A DNA stretch of 64,000 nt from the NCBI GenBank assembly GCA_964434715.1, contig CAYSWC010000001.1:35037-99036 (forward strand), read 5' to 3'. This document shows, one piece after another, positions 56,392 to 64,000 of this stretch (position 1 is its first letter; every line of letters starts with the position of its first letter). The translations under genes and the position numbers were made by a program. The notes beneath the pieces are model-generated. The model saw only the letters and a program-made list of their open reading frames with translations. It was not told the DNA's origin and did no database searches. The stretch comes from an uncultured Candidatus Saccharibacteria bacterium. GTDB taxonomy: Bacteria; Patescibacteriota; Minisyncoccia; UBA6257; 1-14-0-10-40-38.

Positions 56392-57521
56392 TAACCTAAA
56401 ACGATCTTCTGTTGCTCTAAAAGACCCTTGCTTTGTTTTAAAAACTTTTTGGCCTCGGGGTATTGCTTAACCCAAGTAAGATATTCAAAAACATTGTCTC
56501 GCAAGGAATATTTCGGCTGCCAGCCGAGTTTTTTTAGCTTGCTTATATCCATAAGCTGATGGCGCGGTGCATTGAGTCGATACAGGCCGCCAATAAGGGG
56601 ATTATATTTAACTTGGGCGGCTGCCGACACTAACTTTGCTAGATCAAGAACGGTCGTCGGCTTGCCGCTACCGACATTAAAAGCCTCATAATCAGCTCGC
56701 TGATCCTCAAGAATCTTAATGAGGGCGCTCACGGTATCTTTAATATTTATAAAATCTCTGATTTGCCGACCGTCTTCATGAATACTCAGGGGCTCGCCCG
56801 AAAGAGCTTGAACCGAGAATGCCCGCAGGGCGCCGGAATAAAAATTGCGGAACGACTGACGAACTCCCTGCACGATAGAGAAACGCGCGATACTGGTTGG
56901 AACTTTATATATTTTCCCCAAAAGCACGGCTACTCGTTCAGCGGCTATCTTGGAAACACCGTAGGGAATTTGAGGTAAAGCAATATCGTCCTCTTTTTCG
57001 GCTACCGGCTGCATCCTAATTCCATCCTGAGGACAAATCATTTCCCACTGACGTTTTTTTAGCTGTTCTTGGCTGCGGGGCGCGAGATAAAGAACGCTGT
57101 GTCTCGGACACTTGTATTTGCCTTCGCCATAAACCGATTGTGATGATGCCAAGACGATTTTTTTAACCGGCAAACTCTGCTCTAAAATAATTTCATAAAG
57201 CCTGGCTGTACTGGCGGCGTTAGTCAAAAAATAAGTAGAGAAATCCAAATGATAGTCCATGTGGGCGGCCAGATGGAAAATATAGTTCACCTGGGTCATC
57301 GCTTTCATCAAATCCTTTTTATGCCGCACGTCTCCTTTGATAAATTCGGCTTTTTTATTAAACCATTCCGGCAGTTTACCGCTATGGGTTGGTTTAACTA
57401 AGTTATCTAAAACCCTCACTCGATAGCCGGAATCGAGAAGGGCATCAGTGAGATGCGAACCGATAAAACCGGCTCCGCCGGTTACCAAAGCCAATCCTTT
57501 AGTTTTATTGATTTTGCGCAT
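56391..57521 (-). CDS. NAD-dependent epimerase/dehydratase family protein (extended SDR with ~60-aa insertion)
   Basis: 376 aa with VTGGAGFIGSHL and YGVSKIAAE. Confidence 0.75.
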   Translation of the reverse strand: MRKINKTKGLALVTGGAGFIGSHLTDALLDSGYRVRVLDNLVKPTHSGKLPEWFNKKAEFIKGDVRHKKDLMKAMTQVNYIFHLAAHMDYHLDFSTYFLTNAASTARLYEIILEQSLPVKKIVLASSQSVYGEGKYKCPRHSVLYLAPRSQEQLKKRQWEMICPQDGIRMQPVAEKEDDIALPQIPYGVSKIAAERVAVLLGKIYKVPTSIARFSIVQGVRQSFRNFYSGALRAFSVQALSGEPLSIHEDGRQIRDFINIKDTVSALIKILEDQRADYEAFNVGSGKPTTVLDLAKLVSAAAQVKYNPLIGGLYRLNAPRHQLMDISKLKKLGWQPKYSLRDNVFEYLTWVKQYPEAKKFLKQSKGLLEQQKIVLG

Positions 57522-58521
57522 AAATTCTCTCTACAATTTTTAAAGCTTCGTAAGCATCGGTGCCTGTCGTAAGCGGCTGCCGGCGCGTCTTGATGGCTGA
57601 TACAAACTCTATTAATTCTCTTTTCAATGAATCCTCGGCTGTTTCCTGATTAAATTTAATCAGTCGCTCTCTGGGCGATTGTCCTGGAGTAAAACTACGC
57701 TTACCAATAATCAATCTTTCAGGGCCGCCGTAGCGAGTATCAAGGCCTTCAATAATAAGATAGCCGGCCGAACCCATAATCTCAAAAGAATGCATCCATT
57801 TCCATTGGGTCAAACTTACATGAATGGTCGCTACTTTACCGGCTGGGGTCTGTAAAAGCACAAAACCATTATCTTCCAGGCCGCTCTTATTCTTCCAGAA
57901 AAGATTGGGGGTAAAACCGATCGCCTCGCTAAACCCGCCCAAAAACCAGCGCGCCAGATCAATCATGTGAACGCCTTGATCTATGAGTTCTCCGCCGCCG
58001 GAAAGCCTCTTATTGAAGCGCCATTCTTTGTCATAGCCCGGCCGGCCGCCAAAGCCGTAGCGCGCTCTCACGAATAAAATATCGCCGATGCGACCTCGAT
58101 CAACTAAATCCTTGGCCTTTAAAAATCCCGGATGATAGCGGTGGTTAAAACCGATCATATAGCGAACGCCGCTTTTTTTAGCGGCGGCTCTCGCGGCCGC
58201 TATCTCTTCTACGTTTACGCCTCCGGGTTTTTCGCACAAAACATGTTTTTTAGCCAGCATCGCCGATCTGGATATGGGAGCCAGAAACTTATGCGGCGTG
58301 GCTATTATCACCGCGCTTATGCGAGGATGCTTTAGGATCGCTTTCCAGTCAGAAACTGCTTGGCAATTTTTATAAATACTCGCCAGACTCTCGGCTTTAG
58401 CGATATCTTTATCGGCAACTACGAACAATCGCACCGAACGAACGCCGCTTACTGCGCGGGCCCATTTAGAGCCCATGCCGCCGGCTCCGATTAAGCCCAA
58501 ATTAATTGCCATAATGATCAA
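57505..58521 (-). CDS. Gfo/Idh/MocA-family oxidoreductase
   Basis: 338 aa with an N-terminal Rossmann (LGLIGAGGMG) and a family C-terminal pattern. Typical partner of DegT aminotransferases. Confidence 0.8.
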   Translation of the reverse strand: MIIMAINLGLIGAGGMGSKWARAVSGVRSVRLFVVADKDIAKAESLASIYKNCQAVSDWKAILKHPRISAVIIATPHKFLAPISRSAMLAKKHVLCEKPGGVNVEEIAAARAAAKKSGVRYMIGFNHRYHPGFLKAKDLVDRGRIGDILFVRARYGFGGRPGYDKEWRFNKRLSGGGELIDQGVHMIDLARWFLGGFSEAIGFTPNLFWKNKSGLEDNGFVLLQTPAGKVATIHVSLTQWKWMHSFEIMGSAGYLIIEGLDTRYGGPERLIIGKRSFTPGQSPRERLIKFNQETAEDSLKRELIEFVSAIKTRRQPLTTGTDAYEALKIVERIYAQNQ

Positions 58522-59501
58522 AGAGTAACTGAAGTTACACGCGTTCCTTGATAATCAATATCAAAAGGGATATGCCGCAGTCCACGCTCCTCCAAAACTC
58601 GCTTCAGCTGTTTTATAGACCCCTCTCGGCAATAAAACATGAAATAGCCGCCACCGCCAGCTCCAAGAATCTTGCCTCCCAAGGCGCCATTTTGGAGAGC
58701 CAAATCGTAAATCTTATCAAAAGCTTCCGAACTGATTTTCCCGGACATACCCTTTTTAACCTGCCAATGCTCATCCAAAAGACGACCGAAATCGTCCAAA
58801 CGGCCGCTCGTAAACGCATCGAGAATCTGCCTACCGATTGTTTTTGTCCGGTGCTTTAATTCCAAAGCTTTCTCCCGGTTCTGCTCTAACAAAATCGGGA
58901 AACTGCGCCTCTTGACGCCGGTGTAAAAAATCAAGGTTTGCTTTAAAAATTGAGCGATCGCAGCTCGCGCAATCGGCGGATGCGAAGCAGTAACCGCGCC
59001 CGTGGAATCGATTTCTAAAACCGTAAAACCCCCGAGGGCGGCTAAATATGGATCCTGCTTGCCATCGGGCCAGTTGAGTCTTTGGGTAAGCTGAAATGAC
59101 TGTTCGGCCAAATCAGCTTGACTAACTTTCCTGCCCTCGAAAGTATGGAGAGCATTCAAGAGGCCGACGGCGCAGCTGCCGGATGAACCAAGTCCGGTGC
59201 CGGCCGGCGTTTCGGCCTTGAAAACCACATCAATATCATTGTTGATGCCGGCGAGCGCTAAGGCCTCTCGACCTAAATCATGGAGCAGCATTTCGCGGGA
59301 ACTCACGATCTCATAACGGGTGTATTGGAAATGGATATTATTGTCAATCACGGGCCGGCGAATGAAAACATCCATATAAATATTCACGGCCAGGCCGAAG
59401 ATAAAGCCGCCGAACTTTTGATAGTACGACGGCAAATCAGTAGACCCGCCGCCCAAAGGCAAGCGGAAAGGCGTGCGACTCATAATAATCATAAAAATCA
59501 T
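58518..59501 (-). CDS. GHMP-family sugar kinase, HddA-like (D-glycero-D-manno-heptose 7-phosphate kinase candidate)
   Basis: 327 aa with the GHMP motif PAGTGLGSSGSCAVGLLNAL and the C-terminal GAGGGG. Confidence 0.7.
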   Translation of the reverse strand: MIFMIIMSRTPFRLPLGGGSTDLPSYYQKFGGFIFGLAVNIYMDVFIRRPVIDNNIHFQYTRYEIVSSREMLLHDLGREALALAGINNDIDVVFKAETPAGTGLGSSGSCAVGLLNALHTFEGRKVSQADLAEQSFQLTQRLNWPDGKQDPYLAALGGFTVLEIDSTGAVTASHPPIARAAIAQFLKQTLIFYTGVKRRSFPILLEQNREKALELKHRTKTIGRQILDAFTSGRLDDFGRLLDEHWQVKKGMSGKISSEAFDKIYDLALQNGALGGKILGAGGGGYFMFYCREGSIKQLKRVLEERGLRHIPFDIDYQGTRVTSVTL

Positions 59502-59558
59502 AATAGAGGATTATAAAAATTTTTGCAATAACTCGAATTTCATAGTATCATCCTAAAT

Positions 59559-60479
59559 ATGATTTCCGTCGTGGTGCCCCTCCGCAATGAGGAGAGTACT
59601 GTCAAAGAACTACACCAACGTCTGCTCCTCACGCTCGAGCGTCTCGGCCGGCCATTTGAGATTATCTTGATTGACGACGGTTCAACCGACCGTACCTTTG
59701 AGGTAGCCAAAACGGTTACGCCGGTAAAAATAATAAAATTCCGGAAAAACTTTGGGCAAACGGCGGCCATTGACGCCGGCATTCAGGCTGCCAAAGGAGA
59801 TATTATCGTGACTATTGACGGCGATCTCCAAAATGATCCGGATGATATCCCTCGCCTAGTTGCCAAATTGGAAGAGGGGTATGACGTCGTGGTCGGCTGG
59901 CGTAAGCACCGCCTCGATTCTCTCTTAAGAAGATTGTTTTCCCGCCTAGCTAATTGGATTACCTACCTCGTTACTCGGCTGTATCTCCACGACCATGCCT
60001 GCGCTCTTAAAGCTATGCGGGCGGAAATTTTTTCCGACATCCATCTCTACGGCGAAATGCATGTGTTTTTAGCTGCCTATCTCCATAGCCGAGGCGCCCG
60101 CGTCACCGAAATAACAGTTAGCCACCGGGCCAGGGGAACTGGTATTTCCAAATCTCATTTTACTAGGGCGGTCAAGGCTAATTTTGATCTGCTCACGCTC
60201 AGATTCTTAAGCACCTTATCCCGACCAATGGTGGTTTTTGGGAGCACCGGCGCCATCTTGTTTTTGATTGCTCTCTTAATCCTCGCGATAACGCCTTTCT
60301 TAGAAACTCGTGATTCGGATTCCTCCCTGCTCGCGCTTATTATCCTCACGGCGGTTTTTGTAGTGGGCGGTCTCATCTGCTTTATGATGGGCTTCTTAGC
60401 CGAGCTCATGCTCCGCATCTATTACGAAACCAAAGCTACCCGGCCTTATGTCATTAAGGAGGTGAGAGAAAATAAGTGA
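59559..60479 (+). CDS. polyprenyl-phosphate glycosyltransferase, GtrB/ArnC-like GT2 with C-terminal TM helices
   Basis: 306 aa (ISVVVPLRNEE, IILIDDGSTD, DGDLQNDP) plus two C-terminal TM helices. Confidence 0.8.
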   Translation: MISVVVPLRNEESTVKELHQRLLLTLERLGRPFEIILIDDGSTDRTFEVAKTVTPVKIIKFRKNFGQTAAIDAGIQAAKGDIIVTIDGDLQNDPDDIPRLVAKLEEGYDVVVGWRKHRLDSLLRRLFSRLANWITYLVTRLYLHDHACALKAMRAEIFSDIHLYGEMHVFLAAYLHSRGARVTEITVSHRARGTGISKSHFTRAVKANFDLLTLRFLSTLSRPMVVFGSTGAILFLIALLILAITPFLETRDSDSSLLALIILTAVFVVGGLICFMMGFLAELMLRIYYETKATRPYVIKEVRENK

Positions 60480-60522
60480 CTGGGGCGGCGACTTTATCCC
60501 CCACCTATGCATAGGTGGGGTG

Positions 60523-61545
60523 TTACGGCAGATAATCAAGAAGTTTAAAGATACCTTTTCGGGCGCCGCGCTGATGAATAGATCCGCCCTCTTTCATTTG
60601 CCCTTCACGAATATACCAATCGTAAGCTGACTTAAACATCTCTTCGTTGCTGTGCTTGGGCTGCCAACCAAGCTCGGTTTTTGCTTTAGTCACATCATAA
60701 TAGGTGTCTAAATGAAAAGTGCGGTAGTGGAGACTCACAAAAGGAGAAAGTCGCAAGAGATCAAGCAGTCCCAAGCCGAGTTGGGCGAGCGCCGTGGGCA
60801 CGAAGACAATCTTTGATCGGCTCCCCGCCTGCTTCACCAGGCCGGCGATGAGTTCTCCGAAACTGGAAAATCTATCAGTACCGATATTATAATCAGAAAA
60901 ATCTCCGTGCCGGCGGAGCGAGAGCGAGGCTTCGACTAAATCGTCCAGACTCACGTATTGGACCCGATTCCGGCCGTTGCCGATCAAATACACATTTTTC
61001 CCGGCCCGAATCCAGTCAAAGAGCAGTTTGAAGGTTCCCAAACGACCAGGCCCGACCACGGTGGCCGGACGAACAATCGAAACATTCAACCCCTGCTCTC
61101 GGAAAGCCCGGCACAACTCCTCGGCAGCATATTTTGACTTGCCGTAATAGCTAAACGGTTTTTGCGGATCGGTTTCTTTAATGGGCATCCTGGCCCTTAG
61201 ACCATAGACCGCGTGTCCGGAAGAATAATAAATGACTTTTTTCAGACCGTTCTTTTTAGCCGATTCAAGGATCTGGCGAGTTCCTTGAACATTAACTTCG
61301 TAAAAATCTTTTTTATCCCGAGAGAGGGGCAGAATTCCGGCCGCGTGATAAACCATTCGGCAACCTTTAAGAGCCTGCTCCACCACTCCCCGATCCCGAA
61401 CATTCCCTTTTATAAAAGCCACCCGAGACCGGATTTCGCTAGCCGGTGGAGCAAGGTCTAAAACCCGAACTGATTCGCCGTCGTGAACTAAGCGTTTTAC
61501 CAAGGCCGAGCCTAGGAATCCTGAACCGCCGGTAACACAAATCAT
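60523..61545 (-). CDS. NAD-dependent epimerase/dehydratase family protein
   Basis: 340 aa with VTGGSGFLGSAL and YGKSKYAAE. Confidence 0.75.
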   Translation of the reverse strand: MICVTGGSGFLGSALVKRLVHDGESVRVLDLAPPASEIRSRVAFIKGNVRDRGVVEQALKGCRMVYHAAGILPLSRDKKDFYEVNVQGTRQILESAKKNGLKKVIYYSSGHAVYGLRARMPIKETDPQKPFSYYGKSKYAAEELCRAFREQGLNVSIVRPATVVGPGRLGTFKLLFDWIRAGKNVYLIGNGRNRVQYVSLDDLVEASLSLRRHGDFSDYNIGTDRFSSFGELIAGLVKQAGSRSKIVFVPTALAQLGLGLLDLLRLSPFVSLHYRTFHLDTYYDVTKAKTELGWQPKHSNEEMFKSAYDWYIREGQMKEGGSIHQRGARKGIFKLLDYLP

Positions 61546-61563
61546 AGTTTGCTAAAGTTAGAC

Positions 61564-62427
61564 TTAAACGGGTTTGCGACCGATGTAATAAAACCCGGCG
61601 GCGAGATCGCCCGCTCGCTTGTAGCTTATAAAAATGAGATCCAGCAGCTTTAAGGGGAAAGTTACTAAAACCATGATGAGCCAAATAAAATCTTTTAATA
61701 ATTTGCTATTGAAGGAGAGCACTAAGGAAACCCATTCTTGAATTACCAAAAGCAATGCCGCCGTCGGGCCAGCATTGGGTTCTAACTCTAAAAGTTCAAA
61801 GTCTTCGAGCAGGACTCTTAAACCGTCAGCTGTCCAGCGATGGTAATCGTGGGGTGAAGAATGATAAGGAATGATAAAGTTGGTGGCAAGATAAAGATAG
61901 CCGCCCGGCTTTAAAACCCGGAAGATTTCAGAGATCACTTTATCAGGATATTTCAAATGTTCAATCGTCCAAGTGGTAATAACCCCGTCAAGACTATTAT
62001 CAAGAAAAGGCAGATCGTGGGCGTCAGCTATAATATCAACATTAGCCCACGGATAAATGTCAACATTAATGACGTTGGGGCCGGCTTTTTTACTGCCCGA
62101 ACCAATATCAATTACCAGCGCCTTGGGCGGCAACATTTTGAGGATTGCCCGAGGTGATTTGCCTAAAAATAATGCTGGGCTTAAAACGTAGAAGAGTGTG
62201 GTATAGAGCGGGGAAAATTTTCTCAGCAACGTCTTGAGCCGATTTAAAAAACCGGCATCTAAATCTTCTCTAAACCTCTTAAAATTCTTATCGGCGAGGA
62301 GAAGCGGTTTGCCGTCAATCATCTCAAATGCCGCTCCGCAAGCCGGGCAAGTATATTTTCCTGCTTGCAAAACCAGCTGTTTACGGCAATGAATGCATCG
62401 CAAGCTCAAAAAGTCAAGATTGGTCAC
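61564..62427 (-). CDS. class I SAM-dependent methyltransferase with N-terminal Trm112-like zinc ribbon
   Basis: 287 aa with CIHC...CPAC and motif I (VIDIGSGS). Confidence 0.65.
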   Translation of the reverse strand: MTNLDFLSLRCIHCRKQLVLQAGKYTCPACGAAFEMIDGKPLLLADKNFKRFREDLDAGFLNRLKTLLRKFSPLYTTLFYVLSPALFLGKSPRAILKMLPPKALVIDIGSGSKKAGPNVINVDIYPWANVDIIADAHDLPFLDNSLDGVITTWTIEHLKYPDKVISEIFRVLKPGGYLYLATNFIIPYHSSPHDYHRWTADGLRVLLEDFELLELEPNAGPTAALLLVIQEWVSLVLSFNSKLLKDFIWLIMVLVTFPLKLLDLIFISYKRAGDLAAGFYYIGRKPV

Positions 62428-62506
62428 GGTGTAAGTATTCTAAAAACTTATATTTAAAGAGTCAAACCAAGAAAAAGCCGCCCCATGGGAGCGGCGAAGA
62501 ACTTCT

Positions 62507-63370
62507 CTACGGTCTGAGGTGCCGTACGGTTTCACGGTGTGGCCACGGGAGTACCAGCGGCGTGCCCTCCAGGAGGCAGAGTTGCTGATCTACGCCCCAC
62601 TGATTGAGAATTGGCACATAAACGGCATAGAGCCAGCGAGACTGTTTGATCACGGCGCCGATCATGTAATCAGGCGCCAGGCCTTGGTCGCTCCGGAATC
62701 GATCGGCATAGAGTTCCGTGATGCGTCCAAGTAATTCTCCCAGAGATTCTCCGGGAAAATCCGGCAGAGAAAGCCCGGGTTTCCGAACGATAAAGCATTG
62801 ACCAGCGCGTATGCCTCCAACGAATGCCGCCAGTCCATGGTGTTCAAATAAACGCAGCGATGGATTTTTCTTCCATGCCTCTCTGAGTTCAAACTCGACC
62901 TCTTTCTCACTCTCGGGCGCGGCTCGAGAGGAAGGAGGTTTATAGAAATTCCAGTGAAGATGAGACTGGGTTTGTCCGGCTAAAGCGCCGACATGAACAG
63001 CAACGTAAAGGCGCTCGGAAGGCGTTCCGCTCCGGCGAACCTGACGATCGACAACATTCAAGGCGCTTAGAATGCCGGCGCGTCCGCCCAAACGCCTCAT
63101 CCGATCTTTGTCCCAATGCTCTTTAGGGAGGACCATCCGATGAAACGAAAGTGGAGTGAAAAGGTTTTCGATAATTCCCCACCATTCTCCACCCTCACGT
63201 TCAAAACCGACTTCCTTTTGTACACGAGTGCATAACTGACACTCTGCCGGATCGCCTTCAATATCTCTCTGCCAAGGCCTTCTGAGCTTAACCTGTGTCC
63301 GCGTTCCGCCGGAAAAAGTTTCTAGTCCGCCGGGCCAACACTCAAGAAAAACGGGTTTCACTCCGTCCAC
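62507..63370 (-). CDS. hypothetical protein, possibly a GalT-like HIT-fold nucleotidyltransferase/phosphorylase (GC-rich)
   Basis: 287 aa at about 57% GC. A CQLC pair and SHLHWNF resemble the zinc site and HxHxQ-like motif of GalT-type enzymes. The match is weak. Confidence 0.35.
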   Translation of the reverse strand: MDGVKPVFLECWPGGLETFSGGTRTQVKLRRPWQRDIEGDPAECQLCTRVQKEVGFEREGGEWWGIIENLFTPLSFHRMVLPKEHWDKDRMRRLGGRAGILSALNVVDRQVRRSGTPSERLYVAVHVGALAGQTQSHLHWNFYKPPSSRAAPESEKEVEFELREAWKKNPSLRLFEHHGLAAFVGGIRAGQCFIVRKPGLSLPDFPGESLGELLGRITELYADRFRSDQGLAPDYMIGAVIKQSRWLYAVYVPILNQWGVDQQLCLLEGTPLVLPWPHRETVRHLRP

Positions 63371-63498
63371 GTATCCACCTCCTAGGTAATCTGGGTTTGG
63401 CTATGAAGAACTGTGAATAAAGTAGCATAATTACCATACCCTGTCAATATGTAACTTCTTGCCCTCCACTAATCAATGGTGACTTCTTAATTATAAAA

Positions 63499-64000
63499 TT
63501 AAGTTGCGAAAATAATTTTGCTGCCTTCATGGGTAAAATGAAATGGATATTCTGGCGCACCCATTTTATTTAACCCTAATGCGATTTTCTTTTTAGTCTT
63601 AAGATCTGGGCAAAAAAAGTAAATAAATCCCCCGCGCCCGGCTCCAACAATAGTTCCGCTCAAGGCACCCAATATCTTACCTTTGGCTATTAAATCATCA
63701 ATACGTTCATTACTATTATCAAAGACTTTCTTCTCGATCTCCCATAAGTCGTTAACAAGATTGCCAAATTCAAAAAAATTCTCTTGCGCTAATGCAAATT
63801 TCATCCTGGCACCCACATCTCTAAAAGCGTGTAACCCTTGAATGGTTTCCGGATGGAGTGTTTGCAGCCTTTTTGAAACGGAAGAAAGCGCCTTTGATGC
63901 TGAATGGTTCATTCCGCTGTAAACTAAAAGCAAATGATTTTCTAATTCCTTTTGTTTGGCTGGTGAGGGCCGAAGTTTTTTTATGACAACCCTGCCGTTA
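63499..64000 (-). CDS. GHMP-family kinase, N-terminally truncated by the window edge
   Basis: The reading frame stays open to position 64000. The C-terminal block GTIVGAGRGGFIYFFC resembles the GHMP C-terminus of the 58518 ORF. Confidence 0.5.
   Translation of the reverse strand, partial: NGRVVIKKLRPSPAKQKELENHLLLVYSGMNHSASKALSSVSKRLQTLHPETIQGLHAFRDVGARMKFALAQENFFEFGNLVNDLWEIEKKVFDNSNERIDDLIAKGKILGALSGTIVGAGRGGFIYFFCPDLKTKKKIALGLNKMGAPEYPFHFTHEGSKIIFAT

Noticed and set aside
1-64000. CRISPR arrays, tRNA or rRNA genes
   Set aside because: No regularly spaced direct repeats with unique spacers. No cloverleaf-compatible segments with a GTTCGA-type T-loop in intergenic regions. No rRNA-like conserved blocks.
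1-64000. Alternative genetic code (UGA recoding, as in some CPR lineages)
   Set aside because: All three stop codons terminate full-length, motif-complete proteins at expected lengths (for example gap, gmd, neuA). The standard bacterial code is consistent.

Overview
This 64 kb window looks like a compact bacterial genome segment with about 45-48% GC and standard stop codons. DUF192 and lamin-tail-domain proteins, poly-proline linkers and an N-terminal-only transketolase suggest a Patescibacteria/CPR-like organism, but that is inference. Positions 1-13 kb carry housekeeping genes: a pentose-phosphate cluster (tkt N-subunit, rpe, rpiB), a RelE/ParE-antitoxin module inserted between gap and rpiB, an MFS transporter, DUF192, a SpoU methyltransferase, a trxB-grx-SPW redox operon and DsbA. 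From about 13 kb onward the window is a very large cell-envelope glycan locus. It contains a WbaP-like initiating transferase, a Wzx flippase, an O-antigen-ligase/TPR protein, an Ugd-family dehydrogenase, GtrA/GtrB and three secreted proline-rich proteins. Then follows a 35 kb run of about 40 co-directional minus-strand genes (24010-59501). These encode a nonulosonic-acid set (NeuB-like, NeuC, NeuA), GDP-fucose (gmd, fcl), a full GDP-heptose route (gmhA, hddA-like, gmhB, hddC-like) beside transaldolase, and five TagF-like GT-B proteins. Embedded in it is a carrier-protein module (ACP, AcpS, AMP-ligase, FemAB-like) with a myo-inositol-1-phosphate synthase and two DegT aminotransferases, plus C- and O-methyltransferases, a deacetylase and a GNAT. 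Several GC-rich (55-63%) islands interrupt the locus. No rRNA, tRNA or CRISPR array was recognised. The most novel candidates are the carrier-protein/inositol-phosphate/TagF-like module, the TA insertion with a duplicated rpiB 5' end, two IR-bounded structured GC-rich intergenic elements, and a divergent paralogue pair with contrasting GC content.
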